From contig WFUO01000035.1 in the NCBI GenBank assembly GCA_015484945.1, positions 60,096-124,095 of the forward strand: 64,000 nt of DNA, read 5' to 3'. Within the stretch, counting starts at the first letter, position 1. The number at the start of each line of letters is the position of its first letter. The notes beneath the pieces were generated by a model. The model saw only the letters and a list, made by a program, of their open reading frames with translations, was not told the origin of the DNA and did no database searches. This DNA is from Gammaproteobacteria bacterium (GTDB taxonomy: Bacteria; Pseudomonadota; Gammaproteobacteria; WFUO01). This document shows positions 1 through 12,020 of the stretch, piece by piece. The translations under genes and the position numbers were made by a program.

Positions 1-54
1 CAGTGGCGTCAGCAGCATTGCCGCGAGAAAGAACCATCCAAGTCTTGTTGTCAT
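1..54 (-). CDS. 5' end of an exported protein, truncated by the window edge (possibly DUF2066 family)
   Basis: ATG at 54 on minus strand reads MTTRLGWFFLAAMLLTPL (signal-peptide-like) after a purine-rich GGAACAGGG; DUF2066 guess rests only on its usual position divergent from purM. Confidence 0.5.
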   Translation of the reverse strand, partial: MTTRLGWFFLAAMLLTPL

Positions 55-205
55 GATGCGCCCTGTTCCAGTGAATGTGGCGATTATATATAGAATACTG
101 TGCGTGGCACACGGTTTTTGCCGCCGTTAAACTGCAGCCGAACCGCCTGAAGATGATAGAATAGCGCCTGCAGCCACAGCCTACACGCCAGCATGAGGAC
201 AGGAC

Positions 206-1261
206 GTGACTAAAGTTTCAGATTCCACCGGCCGGCCGTCACTCAGTTATCGTGACGCGGGGGTCGATATCGACGCCGGCAACGCCCTGGTCGAACGCAT
301 TGCGCCGATCGCCAGCAAGACCCATCGTCCAGGTGTGCTCGGCGGTCTGGGCGGGTTCGGCGCACTGTTCGAGCTGCCGCTGGATCGCTACCGGCAACCA
401 GTGCTGGTCTCAGGCACCGATGGTGTGGGCACCAAGTTGCGCCTGGCGATGATGCTTGAGCGCCACGACACCATCGGCATCGATCTCGTGGCGATGTGTG
501 TCAACGATCTGATCGTGCAAGGCGCGGAGCCCCTGTTCTTTCTCGACTACTACGCCACCGGCCATCTGAATGTGGATATGGCCGCCGACGTGGTGCGCGG
601 CATCGGCCGTGGCTGCGAGCTGGCCGGCGCCGCGCTCGTGGGCGGCGAGACGGCCGAAATGCCCGGCATGTACGAGGGTGACGACTACGACCTGGCCGGC
701 TTCTGTGTCGGTATTGTGGAAAAGGAACGCATCATCGATGGCAGCAAAGTCGCTGCCGGCGATGTGCTCATCGGCCTGGCGTCTTCCGGACCGCACTCCA
801 ACGGCTATTCACTGATCCGCAAGATCATCGAGGTCAGCCACGCCGATCTCGATGACGACTGCGGTGGTGTGCCGCTGGGCGAAGCCCTGCTGGCGCCGAC
901 GCGCATCTACGTCAAGCCCCTGCTCGCACTGATGCAGGAGATCGACATCCATGCCCTGGCGCACATCACCGGCGGCGGACTGCTGGAAAACCTGCCGCGG
1001 GTAATGCCCAATGGCACCCGCGCACGCATCGACCAGCAGGCCTGGCGGATGCCACCGGTCTTCGACTGGTTGCGCGAACAGGGCAACATAGAGGCACAGG
1101 AAATGTACCGCACATTCAACTGCGGCATCGGCATGGTCCTGTGTGTCGCCGAACGGGATGCCGACAGCGCAATCTCCTGCCTCGAAGGCATGGGTGAAAA
1201 TGCCATGATCCTGGGACGCATCGAGCAGGCAGGTGACGGTCGCGAAGTCGTCATCGAATGA
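206..1261 (+). CDS. purM: Phosphoribosylformylglycinamidine cyclo-ligase (AIR synthetase)
   Basis: [52 protein letters not shown] motifs; GAGG RBS before GTG. Confidence 0.98.
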   Translation: MTKVSDSTGRPSLSYRDAGVDIDAGNALVERIAPIASKTHRPGVLGGLGGFGALFELPLDRYRQPVLVSGTDGVGTKLRLAMMLERHDTIGIDLVAMCVNDLIVQGAEPLFFLDYYATGHLNVDMAADVVRGIGRGCELAGAALVGGETAEMPGMYEGDDYDLAGFCVGIVEKERIIDGSKVAAGDVLIGLASSGPHSNGYSLIRKIIEVSHADLDDDCGGVPLGEALLAPTRIYVKPLLALMQEIDIHALAHITGGGLLENLPRVMPNGTRARIDQQAWRMPPVFDWLREQGNIEAQEMYRTFNCGIGMVLCVAERDADSAISCLEGMGENAMILGRIEQAGDGREVVIE

Positions 1262-1283
1262 TGGTCAATCTGGTCTCCCGCTC

Positions 1284-1961
1284 ATGCCGCAAGTCCGCAA
1301 GCTTCCTGTCGTCATCCTGATCTCCGGGAGCGGCAGCAACCTGCAGGCCTTCATCGACGCCTGCCGCGATCCCGGCTACCCGGTCACCATCCGGGCCGTG
1401 ATCAGCAATCGCGCCGATGCCTATGGCCTGACACGGGCCCGCGAGGCCGGCATCGATACCATGGTCGTGGACCACCGCGAGCATGACAGCCGCAATGCCT
1501 TCGATCGGGTGCTGATGCAACACATCGACCGTTACCACCCGGAACTGGTGATACTGGCCGGCTTCATGCGTATTCTCACCGACGAATTCGTCGAACACTA
1601 TGCCGGACGCATGCTCAACATCCACCCGTCGCTGCTGCCCGACTACACCGGCCTGCACACCCACCGGCGGGTTCTCGAGGATGGCCGTGACGAACATGGC
1701 GCCAGTGTCCATTTCGTCACCGCCGAACTCGACGGCGGACCCGTTGTCCTACAGGCAAGGGTGCCGGTGAAACCGGGTGATACACCGGAGCGCCTCGCCA
1801 CGCGTGTGCTGGAAAAGGAACATATCATCTATCCTTTGGTGGTGCGCTGGTTCGCGGAGGGACGCCTGAAGTTGCGCAATGGCAAGGTAATGCTCGATGG
1901 CAGAACCCTGGAACAACCCTGCCAGCTGGAAGATGGGAACCGAACATCATGCGACCACTGA
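1284..1961 (+). CDS. purN: Phosphoribosylglycinamide formyltransferase
   Basis: ISGSGSNLQA, LAGFMRIL, NIHPSLLP, LDGGP motifs; follows purM; start placed at ATG 1284. Confidence 0.97.
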   Translation: MPQVRKLPVVILISGSGSNLQAFIDACRDPGYPVTIRAVISNRADAYGLTRAREAGIDTMVVDHREHDSRNAFDRVLMQHIDRYHPELVILAGFMRILTDEFVEHYAGRMLNIHPSLLPDYTGLHTHRRVLEDGRDEHGASVHFVTAELDGGPVVLQARVPVKPGDTPERLATRVLEKEHIIYPLVVRWFAEGRLKLRNGKVMLDGRTLEQPCQLEDGNRTSCDH

Positions 1962-2647
1962 TCACGCTGTTGCTTTTGCTTACGGCAATGCCAGCCATGG
2001 CGCTGCCCGATTTCGATGCCTGGTACACGGCCTACAAGGGCAGTTTCAAAGCCGCCACGTCGCACATCAGTTTTCGCTCGCAATCCGGCAGGTACGAGTA
2101 CCGCAACCAGGCGCGGGCCGCCGGAGTGATCGCCATCTTCCGTTCCGACAGGATCAATGAAATCTCACGCGGCCGCCTGATCGATGGCCGGCCGCAACCG
2201 GAGGAATACCACTACCTGCACCGCAACGGCAAGCGGGTGAAGAAAGAGATGCGGGTGACGTTTCGGCGCAGCGAGGGCCTGGCAATCAGTACCTACAAGG
2301 GCCATACCTACCGAATAGCGATACCCGATGGCGCGATCGACCGTTTCAGTGTGCAGATCACGTTGATGCACGATTTCTCAACCAAGGGCATCGGGACACG
2401 CGAATACGCGGTGGCCGACAAGTCCAAGCTCAAACATTACCGCTTCGTTGTTTCGGGCAGGCACACCATCGAAACCACCGCCGGACGATTCGATACCATC
2501 CGCGTCAGCCGTGCGCACCGTAACGGCAAGCGCACGACCTACATGTATTTCGCTCCGTCGCTGGGCTACCTGATGGTACGCATGGAACATGTAGAGAAGG
2601 ACGGCAGCCGTTACCGCATGGATCTCACGCGAGTGAGCGGGCTGTAA
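1949..2647 (+). CDS. Exported DUF3108-like protein
   Basis: Signal peptide (AMA|LP); TxAGRFDT and YFAPSLGYLMVR-type C-terminus; usual position after purN. Confidence 0.75.
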   Translation: MRPLITLLLLLTAMPAMALPDFDAWYTAYKGSFKAATSHISFRSQSGRYEYRNQARAAGVIAIFRSDRINEISRGRLIDGRPQPEEYHYLHRNGKRVKKEMRVTFRRSEGLAISTYKGHTYRIAIPDGAIDRFSVQITLMHDFSTKGIGTREYAVADKSKLKHYRFVVSGRHTIETTAGRFDTIRVSRAHRNGKRTTYMYFAPSLGYLMVRMEHVEKDGSRYRMDLTRVSGL

Positions 2648-2651
2648 TCAT

Positions 2652-3218
2652 TCACGCCTTGGGCAGCGTCACGCCGGTCTGTCCCTGATACTTGCCGCCC
2701 CGGTCGCGGTAGGAGGTCTCGCATACTTCGTCGGATTCGTAGAACAACATCTGCGCCACGCCCTCGTTGGCGTAGATCTTGGCCGGAAGCGGCGTTGTAT
2801 TGGAAAATTCCAGGGTCACATGACCTTCCCATTCCGGCTCCAGCGGCGTGACGTTGACGATGATACCGCAGCGCGCATAGGTCGATTTGCCCAGACAGAT
2901 GGTCAACACGCTGCGCGGGATGCGGAAATACTCCACCGTGCGTGCCAGCGCAAACGAGTTGGGCGGTATGATGCACACATCGGACTGAACGTCCACGAAA
3001 CTGTCGTCGTCGAAATTCTTCGGATCGACGATGGCGGAATTGATGTTGGTGAAGATCTTGAATTCGTCCGCGCAACGCACATCATAACCATAACTGGACG
3101 TGCCATAGGAGATGATGCGTCCGTTCCCGGCTTCGCGCACCTGTCCGGGCTCGAACGGGTCGATCATGCCTTCGTTCTCCGCCATGCGGCGAATCCACTT
3201 GTCGGATTTGATGCTCAT
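2652..3218 (-). CDS. dcd: dCTP deaminase
   Basis: [12 protein letters not shown] start, [32 protein letters not shown] motifs. Confidence 0.97.
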   Translation of the reverse strand: MSIKSDKWIRRMAENEGMIDPFEPGQVREAGNGRIISYGTSSYGYDVRCADEFKIFTNINSAIVDPKNFDDDSFVDVQSDVCIIPPNSFALARTVEYFRIPRSVLTICLGKSTYARCGIIVNVTPLEPEWEGHVTLEFSNTTPLPAKIYANEGVAQMLFYESDEVCETSYRDRGGKYQGQTGVTLPKA

Positions 3219-3317
3219 CGTCTCCCCGTACCCGGCTGTGTCGTCAATGAGGCCCGATTCTACCGGAACCGGCCCGGCATGCAAAACCGCTCACAACGAC
3301 ATCCGTGGCCGTAAACG

Positions 3318-3347
3318 AAAACGCCGCGGCATCTGCCACGGCGTTTT
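3318..3347. terminator. Probable intrinsic terminator hairpin after apbC
   Basis: AAAACGCCG...CGGCGTTTT inverted repeat with A/T tails on both sides. Confidence 0.6.
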
Positions 3348-3368
3348 GGATGGGGATTCCGGCAGCCG

Positions 3369-4460
3369 TCAGTTGTTCTGGATGACGATCTGCGGAAACT
3401 TGGCGGCGTGGTTCTTGGCCTGCATCGACAGGCGGCCGGCGGCACGGCGCGCGATCTCGCGGTAGATCTGCGCGATGCGGCTGTCCGGCTCGGCGACCAC
3501 TGTGGGCTTGCCACTGTCGGTCTCCTCGCGGATGCGGATGTCCAGTGGCAGGGCTCCAAGGAAATCGACGTCATACTGCTCGGACATGCTCTGGCCACCG
3601 CCCTGGCCGAAGATATGCTCTTCATGACCGCACTTGCTGCAGATGTGAATGCTCATGTTCTCGATGATGCCCAGCACCGGCACCTCGACCTTCTGGAACA
3701 TCTTGAGACCCTTCTTGGCATCCAGCAGGGCGATGTCCTGCGGCGTGGTGACGATGACCGCACCGCTGACCGGCACCTTCTGCGCCAGTGTCAGCTGGGT
3801 GTCCCCCGTGCCTGGCGGCAGGTCGATAATCAGGTAATCCAGATCCTTCCATGCGGTATCCTTGAGCAACTGCTCCAGCGCCTGGGTGACCATCGGGCCG
3901 CGCCAGATCATTGGCGTGTCCTCGTCGATCAGATAGCCGATGGACATGGACTGGATATGGTAGCTGTTCATCGGCTCCAGGCTCTGACCATCGGGCGATT
4001 CCGGCTTGCCGCTCACACCCAGCATGCGCGGCTGGCTGGGCCCGTAGATGTCGGCATCGAGGATCCCCACATTGGCGCCCTCGGCCGACAGCGCCAGGGC
4101 CAGGTTGACGGCCGTGGTGGACTTGCCGACCCCGCCCTTGCCCGAGGCCACGGCAATGATGTTCTTGACACCGTCGATGGTCTTGACGTTCTTCTGCGTG
4201 ATATGAGCTTCGATCTTCCACGAAATGTCCACATCGACGGATTCCACACCATCGATGGCGCTGATCTTTTCGCTCACCTGCTGCGCGAGCTGGTCAGCGT
4301 AGCCCTTGGCCGGATAACCCAGCACGATCCGGACCGATACCTTGCCCCCGTCGATATCGATATCCTTGACGACCTTGGCCGATACGAGATCCGTATCGAG
4401 GTTCGGGTCGATAAGCGTCTTCAGGGCTTCCTTGACCTGATCCTGGGTAACGTTTGCCAT
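3369..4460 (-). CDS. apbC: Fe-S cluster carrier ATPase ApbC/Mrp
   Basis: N-terminal DUF59-like domain, GKGGVGKST deviant Walker A, DADIYGPS, DLPPGTGD, ENMS..CSKC. Confidence 0.96.
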   Translation of the reverse strand: MANVTQDQVKEALKTLIDPNLDTDLVSAKVVKDIDIDGGKVSVRIVLGYPAKGYADQLAQQVSEKISAIDGVESVDVDISWKIEAHITQKNVKTIDGVKNIIAVASGKGGVGKSTTAVNLALALSAEGANVGILDADIYGPSQPRMLGVSGKPESPDGQSLEPMNSYHIQSMSIGYLIDEDTPMIWRGPMVTQALEQLLKDTAWKDLDYLIIDLPPGTGDTQLTLAQKVPVSGAVIVTTPQDIALLDAKKGLKMFQKVEVPVLGIIENMSIHICSKCGHEEHIFGQGGGQSMSEQYDVDFLGALPLDIRIREETDSGKPTVVAEPDSRIAQIYREIARRAAGRLSMQAKNHAAKFPQIVIQNN

Positions 4461-4510
4461 GAATGCAACCTCCACGTCTGCCCGGCATGACCGGCACAGA
4501 GCAAATGCTA

Positions 4511-4535
4511 ATACTTTAGAAAATCAGTCGGGTAT
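4511..4535. promoter_or_regulatory. Putative IscR type-1 operator at the apbC promoter
   Basis: ATACTTTAGAAAATCAGTCGGGTAT matches ATASYYGACTRWWWYAGTCRRSTAT at 22/25; abuts a minus-strand TATAAT (4534-4539). Confidence 0.65.
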
Positions 4536-4730
4536 TATACATGAATTTTCCAGACTGTGTAGTATTTCATAATTTGCCGATAAACTCGACATCCCCGCCG
4601 CGTCGCGGGCAGCCTTGTTGACCCCGGTCAAGGCCGAAATCCAGGCCACTGGCCGCGCGCAAGATGAACCCATGACCGGATTCCGCTACAATGCCTGATT
4701 TTACAGGCAATTTTCCGGAACCCCACGCCC

Positions 4731-6803
4731 ATGAGCCAAACCAAGCGACAGATCCTGGTCACCAGCGCCCTGCCCTACGCCAACGGACACATCCATCTCG
4801 GCCATCTGGTCGAATACATCCAGACCGACATCTGGGTCCGGTTCCAGAAGATGCGCGGCCACGAATGCTACTACGTCTGCGCCGACGACACCCACGGCAC
4901 GCCGGTGATGCTGCGCGCCGAGCAGGAAGGGATCAGCCCCGATGAGCTGATCGCGCGCATGCAAGACGCGCACCTGGCGGATTTCGAGGCCTTCCACATC
5001 GCCTTCGACAATTACTATTCGACCAACTCGGAAGAAAACCGTGAGCTCGCGCTGGGCATGTTCGGCAAACTGCGCGAGGCCGGGCTGATCGTCAAACGCG
5101 AGACCGAGCACTATTACGACCCGGAACGCAAGATGTTCCTGCCCGACCGCTATATCAAAGGCGAATGCCCGAAATGCCATGCCCAGGACCAGTATGGTGA
5201 CGGCTGCGAGGTGTGTGGCGCGACCTATTCGACCACCGATCTGATCAACCCGCGCTCTGCCGTATCCGGCGCACGGCCGGAACGCAGAAAGACCGAACAC
5301 TTCTTCTTTCGTCTGAACGAGTGCGCGGCATTTCTGCAGGACTGGATGCGCAACGGGCGTGATGGCCATGGTTCACCGTTGCAGGCAGAGATGCTGCACA
5401 AGCTGCAGGAATGGTTCGAGACCGGCCTCATGGACTGGGAGGTCTCGCGTGACGCGCCCTACTTCGGCTTCGAGATCCCAGGTGCACCGGGCAAGTACCT
5501 GTATGTATGGCTCGATGCACCGGTCGGCTACATGGCCAGCTTCAAGAACCTGTGCACGCGGAAAGACATCGACTTCGATGCGTGGTGGAATCCGCACAGC
5601 GAAACCGAGCTGTATCACTTCATCGGCAAGGATATCCTCAACTTCCACGCCCTGTTCTGGCCCGCCACGCTGCACTTCTCCGGCTACCGCACGCCGGACC
5701 GCATCTGTGTACACGGCTTCCTGACCGTCAACGGGCAGAAGATGTCCAAGTCGCGCGGCACCTTCATCATGGCACGCACTTACCTGCAGCACCTGCCGCC
5801 CGAATACCTGCGCTACTACTTTGCCGCCAAGCTCAACGACCGGGTCGAGGATATCGACCTCAATCTAGAAGACTTCATGGCGCGCGTAAACAGCAATCTG
5901 GTGGGCAAGTACATCAACATCGCCAGCCGCAGCGCGGGCTTCATCAGCAAGCGCTTCGAAGGCCGGCTGTGCAGTGAACTGCCGAACGAAGAGATCGTAC
6001 TGCTCGGCAAGCTGCAGGCCGCCGCCGATGAAATCGCAGATCTGTACGAGAACCGCCGCTTTAGCGAGGCCATCCGCCGCATCATGGCGCTGGCCGACAT
6101 GGCCAACGAATTCATCAATGAAACCCGGCCATGGGAAGTGGCCAAACAGGAAGGTGGTGAACAACGCCTGCACGAACTGTGCACCGCCAACATCAACATG
6201 TTCCGCCTGCTGACCTTGTATCTGAAACCGGTATTGCCGCAACTGGCTGCAAAGGTAGAGGATTTTCTGAATATCGAGCCACTGGACTGGTCGTCGAGCA
6301 AGAATCTACTGCTCGACCATCTCATCAACCGCTATCAGCATCTGGCCAAACGCATCGAGCAAAAACAGATCGATGCCATGCTGGCCGACAGCCGCCAGAC
6401 CATGCAGGCGGACAAGGACGCGCAGTCACCGGCCAGGCATGCGGACAGGCAGCAACACGCGCATCCTCCCATCGCCGAGACGATCGGAATCGACGATTTC
6501 GCCAGGATCGACCTGCGCGTAGCGCGTATCGTCGAAGCCCGCCCGGTGGAAGGCGCCGACAAGCTGTTGCAGCTGACACTGGATATCGGTGGAGAGACCC
6601 GCAACGTGTTCGCCGGCATCAAGAGCGCCTATACCCCGGAACAACTGCAGGGGCGCCTGACCGTGATGGTCGCCAACCTGGCGCCGCGCAAGATGCGGTT
6701 CGGCGTCTCCGAAGGCATGGTGTTGGCCGCCGGTCCGGGCGGCAAGGAACTGTTCATCCTTGAGCCGGATCAAGGCGCCCAGCCCGGCATGAAAATAAAA
6801 TAA
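4731..6803 (+). CDS. metG: Methionine--tRNA ligase
   Basis: HLGH (HIGH) and KMSKS motifs, CPKC/CEVC Zn knuckle, C-terminal tRNA-binding OB domain. Confidence 0.98.
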   Translation: MSQTKRQILVTSALPYANGHIHLGHLVEYIQTDIWVRFQKMRGHECYYVCADDTHGTPVMLRAEQEGISPDELIARMQDAHLADFEAFHIAFDNYYSTNSEENRELALGMFGKLREAGLIVKRETEHYYDPERKMFLPDRYIKGECPKCHAQDQYGDGCEVCGATYSTTDLINPRSAVSGARPERRKTEHFFFRLNECAAFLQDWMRNGRDGHGSPLQAEMLHKLQEWFETGLMDWEVSRDAPYFGFEIPGAPGKYLYVWLDAPVGYMASFKNLCTRKDIDFDAWWNPHSETELYHFIGKDILNFHALFWPATLHFSGYRTPDRICVHGFLTVNGQKMSKSRGTFIMARTYLQHLPPEYLRYYFAAKLNDRVEDIDLNLEDFMARVNSNLVGKYINIASRSAGFISKRFEGRLCSELPNEEIVLLGKLQAAADEIADLYENRRFSEAIRRIMALADMANEFINETRPWEVAKQEGGEQRLHELCTANINMFRLLTLYLKPVLPQLAAKVEDFLNIEPLDWSSSKNLLLDHLINRYQHLAKRIEQKQIDAMLADSRQTMQADKDAQSPARHADRQQHAHPPIAETIGIDDFARIDLRVARIVEARPVEGADKLLQLTLDIGGETRNVFAGIKSAYTPEQLQGRLTVMVANLAPRKMRFGVSEGMVLAAGPGGKELFILEPDQGAQPGMKIK

Positions 6804-6926
6804 TCTTCGAAACGGGACATGCCCGCATATCCCATAGCTTTATAAACCATGGGGTTACGCTTGTGCACAGGCTGGCCAGCCAGTAAAGTAGCCTGATATT
6901 CCTGACTGAATGGAACGATGACTCCA

Positions 6927-7508
6927 ATGAGCGATTTCGCCCTCATTCTCGTCAGCACGATCCTGGTCAACAACTTCGTGCTGGTCAAATTCCTCGGGCT
7001 GTGCCCGTTCATGGGGGTGTCGCGCAAGCTGGAAACAGCTACCGGAATGTCACTGGCGACCACCTTCGTACTGACGATGTCGTCGATCTGCAGCTATCTG
7101 GTCAACGAATACCTGCTTGCCCCGCTGGGGCTGGAGTACCTGCGCACGATCGCCTTCATTCTGGTCATCGCCTTCGTGGTCCAGTTCACCGAGATGGTGG
7201 TGCACAAGACCAGCCCGTTGCTGTACCAGGTGCTCGGTATCTTCCTGCCGCTGATCACCACCAACTGCGCGGTGCTTGGCGTGGCGCTGCTCAATGTGCA
7301 GACCAAACATGGCTTCCTCGAATCCACCTTCTATGGCTTTGGCGCCGCGGTGGGTTTCTCGCTGGTGCTGATCCTGTTCAGCGCCATGCGTGAGCGCATC
7401 CTCGTCGCCGATGTCCCCGAGGTCTTCAAGGGCAATGCCATCGCCCTGATCACGGCCGGACTGATGTCACTGGCCTTCATGGGCTTCACCGGACTGGTGA
7501 AGGGCTGA
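6927..7508 (+). CDS. rsxA: Rnf/Rsx electron transport complex subunit A
   Basis: [30 protein letters not shown]; multiple TM helices (alternative start 6918). Confidence 0.96.
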   Translation: MSDFALILVSTILVNNFVLVKFLGLCPFMGVSRKLETATGMSLATTFVLTMSSICSYLVNEYLLAPLGLEYLRTIAFILVIAFVVQFTEMVVHKTSPLLYQVLGIFLPLITTNCAVLGVALLNVQTKHGFLESTFYGFGAAVGFSLVLILFSAMRERILVADVPEVFKGNAIALITAGLMSLAFMGFTGLVKG

Positions 7509-8065
7509 TGCTGAGTGCGATTCTCGTCATCGTCGGGCTATCGGTGGTGTTTGGTGTCATCCTCGGCTATTCGGCGATCCGTTTCCATGTGGACAGCGAC
7601 CCGGTGGTCGATCAGATCGACGCCCTGCTGCCTCAAACCCAATGTGGTCAGTGCGGCTACGCCGGCTGCCGGCCGTACGCGGAGGCCATTGCCAGTGGCG
7701 AGGCCGACATCAACCAGTGTCCGCCCGGCGGCGACACCACGATCCGGGCGCTTGCGGATCTGCTCGGCGTCGATCCGAAACCGCTCAATGCCGAACATGG
7801 CACGACCAAGGACATCAAGACCGTGGCCTGGATCGACGAGACCATCTGCATCGGCTGCACCCTGTGCATACAGGCCTGTCCGGTTGACGCCATCCTCGGC
7901 GCAGCCAAGCAGATGCATACCGTGATCGTGGACGAATGCACCGGATGTGAACTGTGCATCCCGCCCTGCCCGGTGGAGTGCATCTTCATGGTGCCGGTCA
8001 AGGAAACCATCGAGACCTGGCGCTGGCCCAATCCCGACGAGGCCAGCCTGGAGAACGCCTCATGA
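7508..8065 (+). CDS. rsxB: Rnf/Rsx subunit B
   Basis: [38 protein letters not shown] ferredoxin motifs. Confidence 0.96.
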   Translation: MLSAILVIVGLSVVFGVILGYSAIRFHVDSDPVVDQIDALLPQTQCGQCGYAGCRPYAEAIASGEADINQCPPGGDTTIRALADLLGVDPKPLNAEHGTTKDIKTVAWIDETICIGCTLCIQACPVDAILGAAKQMHTVIVDECTGCELCIPPCPVECIFMVPVKETIETWRWPNPDEASLENAS

Positions 8066-9621
8066 GCCTGCTGCATCCCGGCACAGTCGGCCATTTCCAT
8101 GGCGGCCTGAAACTGGAACGCCACAAGCGTGAATCCTGCGATCGCCCCATTGGTACCTGCCCGCTGGCCGACGAGCTCACCCTGCCGTTGCAACAACACA
8201 TCGGCGAACCGGCCGAACCGCTGGTCAGGGTCGGTGACCAGGTGCGCAAGGGGCAGATGATCGCGCGTGCCAGCGACTACGTCAGCGCACCGGTGCACGC
8301 CCCGACCTCGGGCACGGTCACACGTATCGAGGCGCTGATGGTACCCCACCCTTCGGGCCTGTCGGCACCCTGCATCGTCATCGAACCCGATGGCGAGGAC
8401 CGCTGGATAGACGAATTGCCGGTAGTGAATGACTATCGCAGTCTCGATCCCAGTGCGCTGCGCAACCGTATCCGCGAGGCCGGCATCGTCGGTCTTGGCG
8501 GCGCCGGTTTTCCGTCCTACATCAAGCTCAATCCGGGCAGGGCGGGCCAGATAGACACCCTGATACTCAATGCTGCCGAATGTGAACCTTGGATCACCTG
8601 TGACGACCGGCTGATCCGTGAACGCGCCGGACGCATCGTCGCCGGTGCCGAAATCATGATCCACGCCCTGCAGGCGCGCCAGTGCGTGATCGGCATCGAG
8701 GACGAGATGCACGAGGCCATCGCCGCACTGCGCCAGGCTGTGGAAGGCACCGGTATCGAAGTGATACCGGTACCCACCCGTTATCCGGCCGGTGGCGAGA
8801 AACAGCTCATCCAGGTGCTCACCGGACTGGAGGTGCCGGTCAACGGGCTGCCACTGGACATCGGCATTACCTGTCACAATGTCGGCACCGCAGCGGCCAT
8901 CGCCGACGCGGTGCACGAAGGCCGGCCGCTGATCTCGCGTATCGTCACCGTCACCGGCCAGGTTGGTGAACCACGCAACCTCGATACCCTGATCGGCACC
9001 CCGGTACGCACGCTGATCGAACACTGCGGCGGCTATGCCGGCACCCCCGGCCGCCTGATCATGGGTGGACCGATGATGGGCTTCACACTGCGCAACGACA
9101 CGGTGCCGGTCATCAAGACCACCAACTGCCTGCTGGTCATGGATCCTCCCGCCCGCCACGAAACGCCCATGCCCTGCATCCGCTGCGGCGAATGCGCAAC
9201 CGTATGCCCGGCACGGCTGCTGCCGCAGCAGCTTTACTGGTACGCTCATGCCAAGAACTTCGACCGCATCCAGGACTACGACCTGTTCGAATGTATCGAG
9301 TGCGGCTGCTGTGCCCATGTCTGCCCCAGCCACATCCCGCTGGTACAGTACTACCGCTATGCCAAAACCGAGATCTGGAACATGGAACGCGAAAAGGAAC
9401 GCGCCGACCTGGCGCGTGAACGCCATGAATTCCGCCTCGAGCGTCTGGAACGCGAGAAACGTGAGCGCGAGGAGCGCATGCGCAAGAAGAAAGAAGCGCT
9501 GAGCAAAAGCAACAAGGGCAAGGACGACCCCAAAAAGGCCGCCATCGAAGCGGCGCTCAAACGCGTTCGCGAGAAGCAGGCGCGCGCCGCGCAAGGTAGT
9601 GACAAGGAGAACGACGCATGA
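8062..9621 (+). CDS. rsxC: Rnf/Rsx subunit C
   Basis: [46 protein letters not shown] overlap with rsxB. Confidence 0.96.
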   Translation: MSLLHPGTVGHFHGGLKLERHKRESCDRPIGTCPLADELTLPLQQHIGEPAEPLVRVGDQVRKGQMIARASDYVSAPVHAPTSGTVTRIEALMVPHPSGLSAPCIVIEPDGEDRWIDELPVVNDYRSLDPSALRNRIREAGIVGLGGAGFPSYIKLNPGRAGQIDTLILNAAECEPWITCDDRLIRERAGRIVAGAEIMIHALQARQCVIGIEDEMHEAIAALRQAVEGTGIEVIPVPTRYPAGGEKQLIQVLTGLEVPVNGLPLDIGITCHNVGTAAAIADAVHEGRPLISRIVTVTGQVGEPRNLDTLIGTPVRTLIEHCGGYAGTPGRLIMGGPMMGFTLRNDTVPVIKTTNCLLVMDPPARHETPMPCIRCGECATVCPARLLPQQLYWYAHAKNFDRIQDYDLFECIECGCCAHVCPSHIPLVQYYRYAKTEIWNMEREKERADLARERHEFRLERLEREKREREERMRKKKEALSKSNKGKDDPKKAAIEAALKRVREKQARAAQGSDKENDA

Positions 9622-10658
9622 GCGGGGTCTTCATCCAGGAAAGCTCGCCGCACTTGATGCCCGGCAACTCGGTTGAGCGCATGATGCGCCATGTGCTCTA
9701 CGCGCTGGTGCCTGGCTACCTCGTCTGTGTAGTCATCTTTGGTTGGGGCGTGATCATCAATGCCGTTATTGCCACTGTCACGGCATTGGGTTGCGAGGCG
9801 CTGATGCTGTACTGGCGCAAACGGCCGGTCGGCCGTTTCCTGTCCGACCACAGTGCCGTCGTCACGGCACTGCTGCTGGCCATCTGCCTGCCGCCCCTGG
9901 CGCCATGGTGGCTGACCGTCCTGGCCACAGGTTTCGCCATCGTCGTGGCCAAACATCTGTATGGCGGATTGGGCTACAACCCGTTCAATCCGGCCATGAT
10001 CGGCTATGTGGTCGCGATCATCTCGTTTCCACGCGAGATGACCCTATGGGTCATGCCGCTGGCCGAACAACCGTTGAGCCTGCTACAGTCACTGCAATAC
10101 CAGCTCGGCGGCAGTCTGCCGGCGGGTCTGTCGATCGACGCCATTACCGCCGCCACGCCCCTCGATGCCATCAAACAGGCGCTGGGGCGCAGCCTGACCA
10201 TCCATGAGCTCGGCGGGCAGCGGGTATTCGGGCTGTTCGGAGGCAACGGCTGGGAATGGATTTCGCTGGCCTTCCTCGCCGGTGGTGTATGGCTGTTGAT
10301 CACACGCACCATCCGCTGGCAGATTCCTGTTGCCATGCTCGGCGGCATGGCGCTGATGGCGTTGCTGTTCCAGTTCATCGACGCCGACCAGTATCCCTCG
10401 CCGCTGTTCCACCTGTTCACCGGCGGCACCATGCTGGGCGCCTTCTTCATCGCCACCGACCCGGTTACGGCCAGCACCACACCCAGGGGGAGGATCATCT
10501 ATGGTGCCGGTATCGGCATCATCACCTGGATCATACGCACCTGGGGCGGTTATCCCGACGGGGTGGCGTTCTCGGTCTTGCTGATGAACATGGCCGTGCC
10601 GACCATCGACTACTATACGCGTCCGCGGGTCTATGGCGAAAAGGGACGCGGCGAATGA
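9618..10658 (+). CDS. rsxD: Rnf/Rsx subunit D
   Basis: SPH N-terminus, YGGLGYNPFNPA, DAITAATPL FMN-Thr motif, FIATDPVT. Confidence 0.96.
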   Translation: MSGVFIQESSPHLMPGNSVERMMRHVLYALVPGYLVCVVIFGWGVIINAVIATVTALGCEALMLYWRKRPVGRFLSDHSAVVTALLLAICLPPLAPWWLTVLATGFAIVVAKHLYGGLGYNPFNPAMIGYVVAIISFPREMTLWVMPLAEQPLSLLQSLQYQLGGSLPAGLSIDAITAATPLDAIKQALGRSLTIHELGGQRVFGLFGGNGWEWISLAFLAGGVWLLITRTIRWQIPVAMLGGMALMALLFQFIDADQYPSPLFHLFTGGTMLGAFFIATDPVTASTTPRGRIIYGAGIGIITWIIRTWGGYPDGVAFSVLLMNMAVPTIDYYTRPRVYGEKGRGE

Positions 10659-11302
10659 AGGGCTACCGCGAACACATCGGCATGGCGGCATTGTTGCTGG
10701 GTGTTTTCGCCCTGCTCGGCACTGCCCTGGTCGCCTTTACCTATGAAAGAACGGCGGAACGTATCCGCGCCAACGAACGTGCGGTGCTGTTGCGCAACCT
10801 GCATCAGATCATCCCGCCCGAACGCCATGACAACGACATCTTTCATGACCGCATCCAGGTACACTCGGCCGATCTGCTCATGAGTAACGAACCGGTAACC
10901 GTCTATCGCGCGCGAAAAGGTGGCCGTCCAGTGGCACTGGCACTGACGACCATCGCCCCGGATGGATACAACGGCAAGATCAAGATCCTGGTCGGCATCA
11001 ACCACGATGGCAGCCTGAGCGGTATCCGCATCGTCACCCATCACGAGACCCCGGGACTGGGAGATGCCATCGAAAAGGCGCGGAGCGACTGGGTCGATCA
11101 GTTCGTCGGACGCTCACTGAAAAACCCGGCCGAATCCAAATGGAAGGTGCGCAAGGATGGCGGCGTATTCGACCAGTTTACCGGCGCTACGATCACCCCG
11201 CGTGCGGTGGTCAAGGCCGTTCACCGGGCTCTGCTATACTACAGGGCGAACCGGAAGATGTTGTTTGACAAGCCACCTGAACACAAACGAAGACAGCACT
11301 GA
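10655..11302 (+). CDS. rsxG: Rnf/Rsx subunit G
   Basis: [26 protein letters not shown]-attachment motif; ATGA overlap with rsxD. Confidence 0.95.
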   Translation: MKGYREHIGMAALLLGVFALLGTALVAFTYERTAERIRANERAVLLRNLHQIIPPERHDNDIFHDRIQVHSADLLMSNEPVTVYRARKGGRPVALALTTIAPDGYNGKIKILVGINHDGSLSGIRIVTHHETPGLGDAIEKARSDWVDQFVGRSLKNPAESKWKVRKDGGVFDQFTGATITPRAVVKAVHRALLYYRANRKMLFDKPPEHKRRQH

Positions 11303-11303
11303 C

Positions 11304-12002
11304 ATGGCAGAGACACCAACCTACCGCAGCGTAGCCATGGACGGGCTATGGCACAACAATCCGGCCCTGGTGCAACTGTTGGGGCTGTGTCCCCTGCTGG
11401 CCGTCACCGGTACCGCAATCAACGGCCTGGGCATGGGCCTGGCTACCACCGTGGTACTGGCCGGTTCCAATGTCATCGTCTCGGTCATTCGCAACCTGGT
11501 CCGGCCCGAGATACGTATCGCCGTGTTCATGCTGGTCATCGCCTCGCTGGTCACCGCTGTCGAGCTGTCCATGAACGCCTGGTTTCATGACCTTTACAAG
11601 ATACTCGGCATCTTCATACCACTGATCGTCACCAATTGCTCGATCATCGGCCGTGCCGAGTCGTTCGCCTCGCGCAACACCGTTTCACGGTCACTGGTCG
11701 ATGGCTTGAGCATGGGGATAGGTTTCACCCTGGTACTGGTGCTGCTGGGCGCGGTACGCGAGATCATTGGTTCCGGCACCCTGTTGTCGGGCGCGCACCT
11801 GATGTTCGGTGAGAGCGCGCGTGACTGGGTCATCCATTTCAACCCCGACTACCCCGGCTTCCTGCTGGCCATCATGCCACCGGGTGCGTTCATCGGCCTG
11901 GGGCTGATCATCGCAGTGAAGAATGTCATCGACCGGCGCATTGCCCGCAGGCAGGGTGTGGCCCTGCCCGATCTCGCCACCCAGGGTGGTGGCTGTCACT
12001 GA
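11304..12002 (+). CDS. rsxE: Rnf/Rsx subunit E
   Basis: [30 protein letters not shown] motifs. Confidence 0.96.
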   Translation: MAETPTYRSVAMDGLWHNNPALVQLLGLCPLLAVTGTAINGLGMGLATTVVLAGSNVIVSVIRNLVRPEIRIAVFMLVIASLVTAVELSMNAWFHDLYKILGIFIPLIVTNCSIIGRAESFASRNTVSRSLVDGLSMGIGFTLVLVLLGAVREIIGSGTLLSGAHLMFGESARDWVIHFNPDYPGFLLAIMPPGAFIGLGLIIAVKNVIDRRIARRQGVALPDLATQGGGCH

Positions 12003-12020
12003 TCTGCCCGATCATCCGAA

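Noticed and set aside
4576..4583. Perfect GCCGATAA upstream of metG as a sigma28 promoter
   Set aside because: No TAAA/TCAAG at the required spacing, and metG is housekeeping
7657..9594. 645-aa antisense ORF, and similar long ones at 3408-4490, 24559-26442, 33262-34638, 54426-56165, 58517-60199
   Set aside because: Shadow ORFs opposite well-supported genes, expected from high-GC codon bias; no recognisable motifs
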